A program made the position numbers and the translations under genes. Below, piece by piece: positions 8,205-18,529 of a DNA stretch of 64,000 nucleotides; position 1 is the stretch's first letter; every line of letters begins with the position of its first letter. A model generated the notes under the pieces. That model saw only the letters and a program-made list of their open reading frames with translations, ran no database searches and had not been told where the DNA came from. Source of the stretch: a bacterium (GTDB lineage Bacteria > Patescibacteriota > Minisyncoccia > 1-14-0-10-42-19); contig JAUYHD010000016.1 in assembly GCA_030690215.1 (NCBI GenBank), forward strand, positions 17,681 to 81,680. The letters run 5' to 3'.

Positions 8205-9521
8205 TCATTTTTTTATTTTAGGATTCCAAAAAATAAGGTTACCCAAATTCGGAATTTCTATGGATGTCGCGAGATCTAAGTCGCCGTCGCTGTCAAAATC
8301 GCGCAACGTAATATTGTCCCCCTTCGCGCCGATGGGATTAATCTGATGAAATTCCCATTCGCTCGTGTAAATATCCGGATCTTTCTGACTCAAATAATAT
8401 ATTCCTTTGCCCTTATCTTGCAGATCAACCGTTGTAACAACAATATCTATTCTGCCATCTTTATCTAAATCTACAGCATCAACATCTTTTGGATACCCTC
8501 CATATTTTCCCACTGGAATTTTAACTGCCTTCCAAGAATTGCCTTTGTTGTCCTGACGTAAGAGGATAATCGCTTCCGCAGGGCTCGTTGCCGCAACAAG
8601 AATATCCTGTTTGCCGTCCCGATTGACATCACGGAGACTTATCATGCGGACTTCTTTTCTGCGTAAAATATCGTGCCTCTGCCAATACCCCCTCTGTTTG
8701 CCCCCGACTCCTGGATTTTCAAACCACGATACGCCGGCATATGTATGACTTCCCCTATCAGATACAACAAAATCTATGTCGCCATCTCCGTCCATATCAC
8801 GACGATGAATGCCCATTTCCCAACGCATATTATTTTTATTAACCATGGGATAAAAAACCCACGCATTAACATTCAGGGGATTTTTTGGCGACTTAAACCA
8901 GCCAAAAATACCCTTGTCCCCCCCCGCGATAATATCGGGATGCCCGTCCTTATCAACATCAAACCATACCGTATCGTTCCACTCTTGCACCATATCCTTC
9001 GCAACCGACACAGAAATAGTATACGTTTTCCACAGAGATGGATTTAAATAATCTTCTTTCTTTTGTATAACATGCATCTTAATACCCCCTTTTCCTCCCG
9101 AAATAACTCCAAATGTCCCGTTTCCTAAAATCTGCGCGAGCAAAGCGAATTCCGCGCTTGAATTTTTCCCCACAGTAACGCATGACCAATTATCATACAC
9201 GCGTTTCCCTGGTGTAAGCATGCAAAGCCGTATCGTTCCCCCGCTATCTTGCCATGATGTTGCGGTGTACATCGTCCCATCTCCACCAACACGCAAACTT
9301 ATTCCGTCAGCGCCTTTTACCTTACTTGATGCGGAATCTTCAATATATGTATATGGCCACTGTTCACCTGGTTTAATCGCTTCTCCGGAACCGCCGGTAC
9401 CCGGCGAAGGGATGGGAATATTAAATCCGACACTATTTTGATCCCCCCAAAAAACCAAAAACAAAACGAATGCTATCGTAAAAAAAATACCCAACGAATG
9501 TTCATGTTTTATAAAATGCAT
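8205..9521 (-). CDS. Secreted FG-GAP / beta-propeller repeat protein (paralog 1)
   Basis: N-terminal TM/signal; repeated Dx(D/N)xDGxxD(I/L)(V/I) motifs (DVDKDGHPDII, DMDGDGDIDFVV, DVNRDGKQDILV, DLDKDGRIDIVV, DFDSDGDLDLA). Confidence 0.65.
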   Translation of the reverse strand: MHFIKHEHSLGIFFTIAFVLFLVFWGDQNSVGFNIPIPSPGTGGSGEAIKPGEQWPYTYIEDSASSKVKGADGISLRVGGDGTMYTATSWQDSGGTIRLCMLTPGKRVYDNWSCVTVGKNSSAEFALLAQILGNGTFGVISGGKGGIKMHVIQKKEDYLNPSLWKTYTISVSVAKDMVQEWNDTVWFDVDKDGHPDIIAGGDKGIFGWFKSPKNPLNVNAWVFYPMVNKNNMRWEMGIHRRDMDGDGDIDFVVSDRGSHTYAGVSWFENPGVGGKQRGYWQRHDILRRKEVRMISLRDVNRDGKQDILVAATSPAEAIILLRQDNKGNSWKAVKIPVGKYGGYPKDVDAVDLDKDGRIDIVVTTVDLQDKGKGIYYLSQKDPDIYTSEWEFHQINPIGAKGDNITLRDFDSDGDLDLATSIEIPNLGNLIFWNPKIKK

Positions 9522-9645
9522 ATAATTATATTAAAAAAATCCATATATTTATAGTACCATATAGTCTTCTAATTCTTATACACACAGAAATAGCAATAAA
9601 AAGAGCGGAACTTATAAAAAGCCCCGCTCTATTTTTTTTAATTGC

Positions 9646-11109
9646 CTAATCTTCCGGATTATCGCTTGAAAGAGCATCCGATATGTCGGTCTCTTCTTCT
9701 CCTTTCGGTTCCGCAACAAACCGGGCGTTAGGTATATTATTTTCTATGGTCGGATTCCAGTATATGATAACTCCCATGTTTGGTATCTCAACGGTGGTGA
9801 TGATATCCATATCTCCATCGCCATCAAGATCGCGCATAGTAATATTGTCGTACTTGGCTCCATTGGTATGAATGGAATGAAACTCCCATTCGCCGTGTAG
9901 ATCCGATTTCTGGGTCAGATAATAAATACCCTCGCCCTTATTCTGGAGATCTACCGTAGTAACAACGATATCCTTTCGGCCATCGTTATCCACATCGGCA
10001 AGTGCGGCATCTTTCGGAAAACCGCCGTACTGACCCACAGGAATCGTAACTATATCCCAATGAAGAGTTGGTTTGTTTATTCGTAAAGCAATAATAACTT
10101 CGGCGGGTTTTTTCCCGGCAATAACGATATCTTGCGTTCTGTCGCCGTTCGCGTCTCCGAAACCTATCATGCGAACTTCTTTGCGCCCTACGATGTAATG
10201 GCGTGGCCAGTATCCGGTATTATTTCCTGCTCCAAGATTTTCAAACCATACGACTCCGGCTTCTGCGTGCACTCCGCGATCAGGAACAATGATATCTATA
10301 TCACCATCCCAATCCATATCACGAGGATGAACGCCCATTTCCCATCCGGTTTCCTCTTTTGGAGAAATCATATGGAATACCCAGGCGTCACCGTCCAAAG
10401 GATCTCCGGTTGATTCAAACCAACCGAATATCCCTTTTCCGGGATCTCCGCTGTCCTTATCACCGCCCGCCACTATATCCCGGTCCCCGTCTCCATCAAG
10501 ATCGACAAATGCAGCGTCGTTCCATTCCTGTTTCATGCCGTCTGCGACCGAAGCGTATATGGTGTATGCTTCCCATCTATTTGGGTTAAGATAATCTTCC
10601 GTGCTCCATACGACATGAAAAATAATGCCGTCGCGCCCGGAGGAGATAACTCCGAAAATATCATCGCTTACGATTTTCGCAAGAAGTGCAAATTCAGCAT
10701 TCTTGTTTTGACCAACGGTAACGCATGGCCAAAAATCATACACGTATTCGCTCTGGCTCAAATCAAGCCTGCAAAAACGTATAACACCCCCGCTATCTTG
10801 CCATGAGGTCGCCGAATAATACGCGGCAACATTTCCCTCCTCGTCTTTCTCTTTTCGGAAACTTACGCCATCGGCGCCCTTCGCTTTGTCGGCCGAAGCA
10901 GAATCTTCTATGTAGGTGTATTGCCAAAATTCGGATTCGTCCGCTTTGCCATTGTTTCCTTTGTTTCCATTGTTCCCGGTGGCCTGTTCTATAAGCGCAT
11001 CAATGTTGCTATTAAAGCCCTGCGCCTTGTAGCTAAAAAATGACAATAGTACAAAAAGTACTATATAAACTAACAGCCAAAATACGCTTTGATTTGTTCT
11101 TGATCTCAT
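9646..11109 (-). CDS. Secreted FG-GAP / beta-propeller repeat protein (paralog 2)
   Basis: Same architecture and shared blocks (YTYIEDSAS, ATSWQDSGG(T/V)IR, GIFGWF, GVxWFEN) as 8205-9521. Confidence 0.65.
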   Translation of the reverse strand: MRSRTNQSVFWLLVYIVLFVLLSFFSYKAQGFNSNIDALIEQATGNNGNKGNNGKADESEFWQYTYIEDSASADKAKGADGVSFRKEKDEEGNVAAYYSATSWQDSGGVIRFCRLDLSQSEYVYDFWPCVTVGQNKNAEFALLAKIVSDDIFGVISSGRDGIIFHVVWSTEDYLNPNRWEAYTIYASVADGMKQEWNDAAFVDLDGDGDRDIVAGGDKDSGDPGKGIFGWFESTGDPLDGDAWVFHMISPKEETGWEMGVHPRDMDWDGDIDIIVPDRGVHAEAGVVWFENLGAGNNTGYWPRHYIVGRKEVRMIGFGDANGDRTQDIVIAGKKPAEVIIALRINKPTLHWDIVTIPVGQYGGFPKDAALADVDNDGRKDIVVTTVDLQNKGEGIYYLTQKSDLHGEWEFHSIHTNGAKYDNITMRDLDGDGDMDIITTVEIPNMGVIIYWNPTIENNIPNARFVAEPKGEEETDISDALSSDNPED

Positions 11110-11279
11110 GTAAACCCCCCGTTTTTGAATGTTTTTTTTAATGTAAACCTGGGCTCATTCTACTATAAAATTAATAAAATGTCAATACATACATTGACAA
11201 CTATAAATAAATATAGTATAGTTACTTAAATCAATTTAAACGTAGTACAATAAAAACATACCATTAAGGAGGTATCAGT

Positions 11280-11744
11280 ATGAACAAAGAATCGCCCGAT
11301 ATTAAAAACGATGCGGAAAAAATTCCAAACTATACAATGGAATTTTCTCAAACCAATTTTGAAACGGGCCCAAATGAATGTATCCTAAAAATCGTGATCA
11401 ACGAAAACGGGGAAGAAAAAACATTGGAAGCCCACTGGCCAAAGGAAGGAATCCAACTTTTTGATCCTCAAACAAAACGAGAATTGGAATTTGTATCACC
11501 CAAGACCATGAAAAAAATGTACGACCAGTTTATGTCGCTTAACCCTTCTTATCATGCTCTTATGGAGATGCGAGAAACTCGTTCCCTCCTAAAGTTTTTT
11601 TGGCTATCTCCGAAGAAACAAAAAGATCTTGTTGATCTTCTGAACATGGGGTCAACTAAGAAAGAAGCAGAACGCATCATGAAGATGCCCGAAGAAGAAC
11701 AAAAAAATATCTCTAAGGAGAACCCAGTGCATCGTCCAACATAA
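11280..11744 (+). CDS. Hypothetical protein
   Basis: AAGGAGG RBS 7 nt upstream of ATG; 154 aa; no recognised domain. Confidence 0.5.
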   Translation: MNKESPDIKNDAEKIPNYTMEFSQTNFETGPNECILKIVINENGEEKTLEAHWPKEGIQLFDPQTKRELEFVSPKTMKKMYDQFMSLNPSYHALMEMRETRSLLKFFWLSPKKQKDLVDLLNMGSTKKEAERIMKMPEEEQKNISKENPVHRPT

Positions 11745-11790
11745 AAGAGTTCCGAAAAAATCGGAACTCTTTTGCTTTTTACCTGAATTG

Positions 11791-12084
11791 TTAAAATTTT
11801 TTTATTTCTACGTGCCCGCACTTATAGCAATCCCCTCGCCATCGCCTAACGCCCCCAAGAACCAAAAATGGCGACCGTGTGTATTCTAACGTGCAGAGCA
11901 GACAATTCGGACATTGGTACGGCGTTCTCCAAATACCCAATTCTTTGCACACCCACCTATGCATGCGTAACGGCATAAAAAAAAGAAAGCCAATCAGTAT
12001 AAAAACGAGAAATAAAATTACAAAAAAAACAAACGCTACTACATTAAATCCCTCTTCGCCAAACCGCATTATTCTCTGATACAT
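11791..12084 (-). CDS. Small membrane-anchored zinc-ribbon protein, hypothetical
   Basis: Internal ATG preceded by AAAGGGGGGGAG; one TM helix; C-terminal CPNC...CYKCGH. Confidence 0.4.
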   Translation of the reverse strand: MYQRIMRFGEEGFNVVAFVFFVILFLVFILIGFLFFMPLRMHRWVCKELGIWRTPYQCPNCLLCTLEYTRSPFLVLGGVRRWRGDCYKCGHVEIKKF

Positions 12085-12147
12085 ACTCCCCCCCCCTTTA
12101 TTTAGTATTGTTTTTTTAAAATCCGATAATATGCTACCATAAAAAAT

Positions 12148-13095
12148 ATGATCGGTACATCCTTCGACAAAGCTCAGGACAGGCCCCACACGTCCCCAAA
12201 AGATGTTTTTCTCCATCTCTTAATGGTAGGGACGCTCTATGCGAGCGTCATCAGTTTTATTACGCTTCTCTTTCAATATATACAGTATTACTTTCCCGAT
12301 GTTCTTGATTATTCTGCCCCATCCCTTTCGTTTACAGCGCAAAGCTCAATGGCAACGCTTATTATTGTGTTCCCTGTTTTTTTGTTTCTTTCGCATCTCC
12401 TGCAAAAAGAATTCAAAGCGCATGAAGAAAAATCAAAATCGCGTCTCCGAAAATGGCTGCTTTCTTTCACGTTATTCGTTGCCGCGATTGTTATTATTGT
12501 TGACCTTGTAACCCTCATACAAAGTTTTCTTGGCGGAGAACTTACTGTCCGTTTTTTGCTAAAAAACGCAACTGTTCTTTTTGTCATAAGCGCTGTGTTC
12601 GGCTACTATCTCCACCAGCTCAAAAAAACAAAACCGGAAGCAACCCGCAACGAGCGGATATTTGTTTGGGCTGTATCATTCGTGGCCGTTCTTTCAATCG
12701 TGCTTGGTTTTATCCTTACCGGCTCACCCGCAACACAGCGCCTCATGCAATTTGACCAAGAACGCATCTGGAACCTCCAAACTATCCAGTCTCAACTTGT
12801 GTTTCATTTTCAGCAAAAAGGCGCTCTCCCCGAAACGCTTACGAACATATCGGATGACATTTCCGGATTTGCATTACCGCGCGATCCTGAAACCGGCAAG
12901 GAATATGAATACCAAAAAAGCGGCGAGTTTTCGTTCACGCTATGCGCCGACTTTAAAACAGAATATATAATCTCAGGAAAAATTCCTTCGCGCCCCATAC
13001 ACTCATTTGAAACGTGGGACCATGGAATCGGACACGCTTGTTTTGCCCGCACCATTGATCCGGATTTCTATCCTGTGCGAGAAAAAATATTGTAA
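12148..13095 (+). CDS. Membrane protein, hypothetical; the N-terminus contains repeat-derived sequence TSFDKAQDRP
   Basis: 4-5 TM helices then a soluble C-terminal domain; nt 12161-12183 CCTTCGACAAAGCTCAGGACAGG is identical to a 23-mer inside thrS. Confidence 0.5.
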   Translation: MIGTSFDKAQDRPHTSPKDVFLHLLMVGTLYASVISFITLLFQYIQYYFPDVLDYSAPSLSFTAQSSMATLIIVFPVFLFLSHLLQKEFKAHEEKSKSRLRKWLLSFTLFVAAIVIIVDLVTLIQSFLGGELTVRFLLKNATVLFVISAVFGYYLHQLKKTKPEATRNERIFVWAVSFVAVLSIVLGFILTGSPATQRLMQFDQERIWNLQTIQSQLVFHFQQKGALPETLTNISDDISGFALPRDPETGKEYEYQKSGEFSFTLCADFKTEYIISGKIPSRPIHSFETWDHGIGHACFARTIDPDFYPVREKIL

Positions 13096-13127
13096 AAAAG
13101 ATCTTTTACATCGGGGGAAAGATAGCC

Positions 13128-13592
13128 ATGGAAGAAAACCTCTATATTGTAAGCATCCTTGCAGTCCCCAGAAACAAAGATGACGAATCGCGAGATATCA
13201 CGATACACATTCTCTCATTCATCTCCTGCTCGGAAGAAGAAGCAGATACGATAGCGAATGAACACATTGGCGTTTCGTTTTCAGCCGTATCATGGAAAGT
13301 GGAGTATGACCTGCTAGAAATTTCTCTTGACGATATATTGGAAGATATCCAATCATATGAAGACTCCGTACAGGCGTTCGCGATAGGACTGGTGCTTTTA
13401 AATCCCGACGGAGCGGGAATGCGATACCACGTTTCTTCTCATCTTATATGCGCATATTCAAAAGAAAGCGCGGAAAAACTTGCGCTCGCCTACGCGCATG
13501 AACACTTCCCTTTCTTTAAAGACCACATCGCGAAAGTAGAAGAAATACCTCCGAATATTCGTTTTTGTACGACAACATCAAAAATTCATTAA
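13128..13592 (+). CDS. Hypothetical protein
   Basis: 154-aa ORF. Confidence 0.4.
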   Translation: MEENLYIVSILAVPRNKDDESRDITIHILSFISCSEEEADTIANEHIGVSFSAVSWKVEYDLLEISLDDILEDIQSYEDSVQAFAIGLVLLNPDGAGMRYHVSSHLICAYSKESAEKLALAYAHEHFPFFKDHIAKVEEIPPNIRFCTTTSKIH

Positions 13593-13625
13593 CCATCCCG
13601 CAGTACTGCACTGCGGGATGTTATA

Positions 13626-14753
13626 TTATTGGGAAAATATTCTGTCCATCTCTGATCGCACCTGCGTAGAAAATAAATCCCGTTTCGCAGAAATCTGCGC
13701 GCGGTATTTTTCTTGCAGGCGCTCTAATTCGTCTGCCACCGTAATGCCTTCTTCCCTATCAAGCATAAAACGACCGGTACGATTTGAAACTTCTTCGGCA
13801 AAAAGCGCGTATGTTTCATACTCGCGCAACAGAAGGATGAGAACGGTTTCTTTCGCGCCTGACGCCCGGTCAAACGCTGACACCCTGCTCTGCGCGCCTT
13901 CCTGTATAATCCTCACAACGAACTGGGGGTCAACGGGTATCATACCTCGCGACACGCTGATTTGCAGGTCAATAAAACCCGCCTTCAAAGCGCTTATTGT
14001 CTCCCCCGTCTCACCCGACGGATATTTTGGAGAACGTTCTATTTCATCAAATGATTCAAGAGTCCGCGTAATATCATTTGAAAGCAAAAAGAGAAATTCT
14101 GTTGAAGGCGCTTCTTCCCGAAGTACGGCGGAAGCAACCACATCAAATATATCTTTTATATGCGATGTAATAATGCTTGTCTCGTATTGCCGGCCGCGAT
14201 CTACTTCAATTTTTAATTTTGCAAGCCGTTCGCGAAGCGATAAAAATCCCAACTCGGATGCGTGAAGCGGACGATCGCCTGCAACCTCAAACAATAATCG
14301 CTTTTGAAGATTTCTGTCTTCTTCAAACGCGCTCTCAATGCCAACGCGCATCTGTTCGGACACTCCGTCAAGAATTTCTTCAAATACCGCAAAATGTTTC
14401 GCAAGCGATCGGAGCACCGTGCTTGCGAGCTCTGGATTATTACTGCGGTCAACCTGCTCTGCCGCTTTCTCCATGTGCGCTCCAAACCTCACTATCGTTT
14501 CATTTGTTTTGGGGTGTTTTTCATATGAAAGCACCACTGCTTCGCTCAAACGTTCTTCGGCAAGCATAATAAGCCGTTCTATTTTGCTTTCTCTCCCAAA
14601 TGTAAAAAGCGTTCCAATTGACTCAAAGGCGCGCTCAAATATATACAGCGGATTTTTTGCGGTCATCCCCGCCGGCGGCAAGAGCGCAAATTGCGCGTAC
14701 GCACTGCTTGCGATAAACAGAAACCCTATAAAAAAGAAATACGCATAACGCAT
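13626..14753 (-). CDS. Secreted hypothetical protein (signal peptide ...SSAYAQ)
   Basis: 375-aa ORF with cleavable signal-like N-terminus; helical composition. Confidence 0.5.
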   Translation of the reverse strand: MRYAYFFFIGFLFIASSAYAQFALLPPAGMTAKNPLYIFERAFESIGTLFTFGRESKIERLIMLAEERLSEAVVLSYEKHPKTNETIVRFGAHMEKAAEQVDRSNNPELASTVLRSLAKHFAVFEEILDGVSEQMRVGIESAFEEDRNLQKRLLFEVAGDRPLHASELGFLSLRERLAKLKIEVDRGRQYETSIITSHIKDIFDVVASAVLREEAPSTEFLFLLSNDITRTLESFDEIERSPKYPSGETGETISALKAGFIDLQISVSRGMIPVDPQFVVRIIQEGAQSRVSAFDRASGAKETVLILLLREYETYALFAEEVSNRTGRFMLDREEGITVADELERLQEKYRAQISAKRDLFSTQVRSEMDRIFSQ

Positions 14754-14866
14754 ACTTCTAGTATAGAAAAAAATAACCTTCCCGATAAGAGAAGGTTATG
14801 AAAAACAAAATGCTATTGCCACCTCGCAGCACGCTGCGGGGTATTGTATTTGTATTACCCGCACAC

Positions 14867-15319
14867 TCAAAAGACCACAATATCCTTATAGTATATGATG
14901 CGTATCCCTAAATGTTTCGCCTGCGCATGCTCCCATGACGCGCCGTTGGACGTTTCCCAATTCGGCAAAAAATAAAATGAATGAATAAGGCGCGATTCAA
15001 ACATGGGCAGGTACAGTTCTTTCAAAAGATGGCTATCCCCCTTGTACATGGGCCACGTTTTCATCTCAAATATTTTATTTTCAAATGGCAGCTGGCTGAA
15101 CACCGTAACCCCCTGATAGCGTAAAAACCGTATTGCTCTATGGAAGCGTTCAAGATTTTTTTCAACCGATCCCGTACCACCCGTTGATATCGGACCGCAC
15201 ACCATACCTACCGGCTGCACCATCCGTTTGAGCACTCGGATTGCGATATCGGCAAACTCTCCGAACGTAGTTGCTTTTTCTATTTCCAATATTTCATCCG
15301 CATAGCCATATCTATCCAT
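14867..15319 (-). CDS. Hypothetical protein (150 aa)
   Basis: Start chosen at MDRYGYA so it does not overlap serS; conserved-looking GMVCGPISTGG block. Confidence 0.4.
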   Translation of the reverse strand: MDRYGYADEILEIEKATTFGEFADIAIRVLKRMVQPVGMVCGPISTGGTGSVEKNLERFHRAIRFLRYQGVTVFSQLPFENKIFEMKTWPMYKGDSHLLKELYLPMFESRLIHSFYFLPNWETSNGASWEHAQAKHLGIRIIYYKDIVVF

Positions 15320-15371
15320 TGACGGCCTCCTCTGCGTAGAATCTTTGCCTTTGATAGTATATACTGAACCT

Positions 15372-16646
15372 ATGTTGGACATCAAATTCATACGAGAAAA
15401 CCCCGATTTGATTAAAGAAGCCGCGCGCAAAAAACGGGTAGATTTTAATGTCCTCAAACTCATTGACGTGGATAAAAAACGGCGGGAAGGGCTTGCCGAA
15501 ATTGAAAAACTCCGCGCGTTCCAAAACAAAGCATCAGATACTATCGCGACTATCAAAGACGAAACAAAGAAAAAAGCAGCCATTGAAGATTTGCGCGATA
15601 TAAAAGACAATCTTTCTAAAAAAGAATCCGAACTCAAAAAAATAGTGCCCGAATGGGAAAAACTCATGCATGATGTTCCGAACATCCCCGATCTCTCCGT
15701 ACCCGAAGGAACAACCGATGAAGAAAATACGGAAGTGCGCCAAAGTTCTAAGCCAAAACCATTCGGCTTCCCGGCGAAAGACCATGTTGAATTGCTGGAG
15801 TCCTTGGGTCTTGCCGACCTTGAGCGCGGGACGAAAGTTTCCGGATTTCGCGGATATTTTCTCAAACAAGAAGCGACCCTTCTCTCCATGGCGCTCTGGC
15901 AATTTACCATGGATACCGTAACAAAAAAGGGATATGAACCGGTTCTCGCTCCCGCGTTAGTGCGTGAAGAAAATCTTTTTGGAACGGGGCATTTTCCCCA
16001 AGCGCGCGAGGATGTATACAAGCTTGAACATGACGAATTATATCTTTCTGCAACTGCAGAAATCCCACTCATGGGATATTATCGCGATGAAATATTGGAA
16101 GAAGATATACTCCCTAAAAAATTTGTTGCGTTTTCTCCATGCTTCCGCAGAGAGGCGGGATCGCACGGCAAAGACACAAAAGGCATTTATCGCTTGCATG
16201 AATTTTTTAAAGTAGAACAATTGATTTTTGCGCCAAACGATCATGAGCTGTCTGTCCAACTGCATGAGGAATTAACCGCAAACTCGGAAAGCATTCTTCA
16301 GGCATTAGAATTGCCGTACCGGGTAGTGACGGTAGCCGCAGGACAGCTTGGGCGGGCACACGTAAAAACATACGATCTTGAGGTCTGGATTCCGTCAGAA
16401 AAACGTTATCGCGAATCCCATTCGTCTTCGTATTACCATGATTTTCAAACACGCCGGCTCAACATCCGCTACCGCGCCAAAGATGGCGAGATGCGTTTTT
16501 GCCATTCCCTTAACAACACGGCAATTGCAACCCCCCGCATTCTTATTTCTATCCTTGAAAATTATCAGCAAAAAGACGGGAGCGTGCGCATCCCGGCCGT
16601 ACTCCAAACATATCTCGGGAAAACAGCAATCAAACCAAAAAATTAA
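15372..16646 (+). CDS. serS: Seryl-tRNA synthetase
   Basis: MLDIKFIRENPD N-terminal coiled-coil arm; class II motifs (FRRE, GxGxGxxR-like) in the C-terminal half. Confidence 0.9.
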   Translation: MLDIKFIRENPDLIKEAARKKRVDFNVLKLIDVDKKRREGLAEIEKLRAFQNKASDTIATIKDETKKKAAIEDLRDIKDNLSKKESELKKIVPEWEKLMHDVPNIPDLSVPEGTTDEENTEVRQSSKPKPFGFPAKDHVELLESLGLADLERGTKVSGFRGYFLKQEATLLSMALWQFTMDTVTKKGYEPVLAPALVREENLFGTGHFPQAREDVYKLEHDELYLSATAEIPLMGYYRDEILEEDILPKKFVAFSPCFRREAGSHGKDTKGIYRLHEFFKVEQLIFAPNDHELSVQLHEELTANSESILQALELPYRVVTVAAGQLGRAHVKTYDLEVWIPSEKRYRESHSSSYYHDFQTRRLNIRYRAKDGEMRFCHSLNNTAIATPRILISILENYQQKDGSVRIPAVLQTYLGKTAIKPKN

Positions 16647-16730
16647 ATTTTTAATTTATAATTTCTAATTAATTTTTAATGATTCAATTTTGAAAACAGT
16701 TTAAAAATTTAAAATTGAAAATTAAAAATT

Positions 16731-17540
16731 ATGACTAAAGACCCCCTTCGCCGATCGCGGCGCTTTAAACGAAACAGACTTTTTAAGCGTTTTGCCCTGT
16801 TTGGAGGAGGGATTTTGGTTTGCTCAGCACTCGGCGTAGGATTTTTTTATATTCCCTATTTTTCCATTACCGCGGTCTCCCTTGAAGATCTCCGAACCCT
16901 TCCGGAAAAAGATATTACCGTGGAAATAAGCGCTCATCTGGATAGAAAAACGTGGGGGTTGCTTCCTCAAAATAATTTTTTTGTTTTTCTTTTTACCGCA
17001 TCCCGTCTGGAACAAACACTCAAACAAAAATTCCCTAAAATAAAATCAATAACAATCAAAAAACGCCCCCCCCATGCCATTGCCGTGCTGTTTGAGGAAC
17101 GGAAAATTTGGGCAACAATCTGCAAAGACGCATCTTGCTTTTACGCTGATGAGGAGGGTTTTCTTTTTGGAAAGTCATCGCGTATTTCAGGGTCGCTCTT
17201 TTTTAGCATTGAAGACAGGCGGAACGTCACCCATGCGATAGGAACGACCATCGCGAGCCCCGAAGAATTTAAAAATATAAAAACGCTCCTCCAGCGAATA
17301 GAAACCGTTACCGGCGCTTCTTTTTCAGCCCTCATGCTTTCTGGGTCAGAAGACCTTATCTCAAAATATGAAATAAAAACAAAAGATGGATGGCGCATTA
17401 TTCTTGATTCAAAAACAAACGGCGAGCTTGCCGCCGCAAACTTCATTTCCGCATTTGAGGGCATTCTCCAAAAAAATATGGAAGGTATTGATTATATTGA
17501 TGTGCGTCTAGAAAATAAAATTTTCTATAAATATAAATAA
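16731..17540 (+). CDS. FtsQ/DivIB-like cell division protein (basic N-terminus, one TM, POTRA-like)
   Basis: RRSRRFKRNR then a TM helix then a periplasmic domain; call based on topology only. Confidence 0.35.
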   Translation: MTKDPLRRSRRFKRNRLFKRFALFGGGILVCSALGVGFFYIPYFSITAVSLEDLRTLPEKDITVEISAHLDRKTWGLLPQNNFFVFLFTASRLEQTLKQKFPKIKSITIKKRPPHAIAVLFEERKIWATICKDASCFYADEEGFLFGKSSRISGSLFFSIEDRRNVTHAIGTTIASPEEFKNIKTLLQRIETVTGASFSALMLSGSEDLISKYEIKTKDGWRIILDSKTNGELAAANFISAFEGILQKNMEGIDYIDVRLENKIFYKYK

Positions 17541-17848
17541 ACGAAGCCTCCATACCTGTGAAACCCCTTAAGCGTACGCTTAAGGTTTTTCAAAAGTTTT
17601 TCGTTTGGAATATAAACACTTTAATACTTTAAAGTATTAAAGTGATGCTCCATAGGCTTATTCGGCCTTCATAGCCGAATCTGCTTTGGTCTTCTACCCT
17701 CCGTATCCTCAGCGACCGAGTACGAAGTAGACGGGCAGTAGTCTTCTGCGAAAGTGTAGGTGCCATGGAATCTTGACAACGTGTACAATTCCACATACCC
17801 TTTGTGTAGTAAATACATCCTGAAAGGAGATTCGGAATGGAATTTGGA

Positions 17849-18520
17849 ATGGAACGGACATTGGTTTTGATAAAGCCTGACGCGCTTGAAAAGAATTGCG
17901 CGGATGAAATTCTTAACCGCTTTTTAACAAACACATTTGAAATCGCTGCAGTCAAAAAAATTACGGCTACTCCGCTATTGATTGATCGGCATTATCAGAA
18001 AAAGTTCTTAGAAGCCCCCGATGTACGCAATGATGTTGTTGCGTACATAACGTCGGGCCCGATTGTTGCGCTTATTCTTAAACGCCCTGACGCGATTGCC
18101 GGCGCGCGGCTCATCATCGGCCCCCTTCATAAAGCGCCCAAGGGAACAATTCGGGGAGATTTTCCGACAGATGTATTGCGTAATTTGGCGCATGGATCAG
18201 ATTCTCCGGAAGCCGCAGAACACGAAATAGCAGTTTGGTTTGGCGATACTGAAAAGCAAGAAAAATTTTCACAATTGAACCCCGCCGAACGACTATTTAT
18301 CTTAACGGAGATATTCCAAAAAGAAGGCCTTTGTGAAAGCGCGGTTACCGTAGCGGCTCATTGCCTGCGAGAGCTCAAAGAAGTTAATTCATACGAAGAG
18401 ACTGCATCCGGACATGTAGTCAAATACACCGGGCATATCATATGCCTCCCCGACTTCCTGCATAGTGAGACCGCACAGAAACGCTTTGCTGAAATGGGAA
18501 TCCAATCCCCGATACATTAA
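17849..18520 (+). CDS. ndk: Nucleoside diphosphate kinase with a roughly 85-aa C-terminal extension
   Basis: ERTLVLIKPDA, GDFxxDxxRNxxHGSDSPEAAxxEIAxWF motifs. Confidence 0.85.
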   Translation: MERTLVLIKPDALEKNCADEILNRFLTNTFEIAAVKKITATPLLIDRHYQKKFLEAPDVRNDVVAYITSGPIVALILKRPDAIAGARLIIGPLHKAPKGTIRGDFPTDVLRNLAHGSDSPEAAEHEIAVWFGDTEKQEKFSQLNPAERLFILTEIFQKEGLCESAVTVAAHCLRELKEVNSYEETASGHVVKYTGHIICLPDFLHSETAQKRFAEMGIQSPIH

Positions 18521-18529
18521 AAAGGGGGC

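Noticed and set aside
14867-16072. 401-aa minus-strand ORF overlapping serS
   Set aside because: Its 5' two-thirds lie antisense to the strongly supported serS CDS. Only the 3' 150 codons (14867-15319) are kept as a gene.
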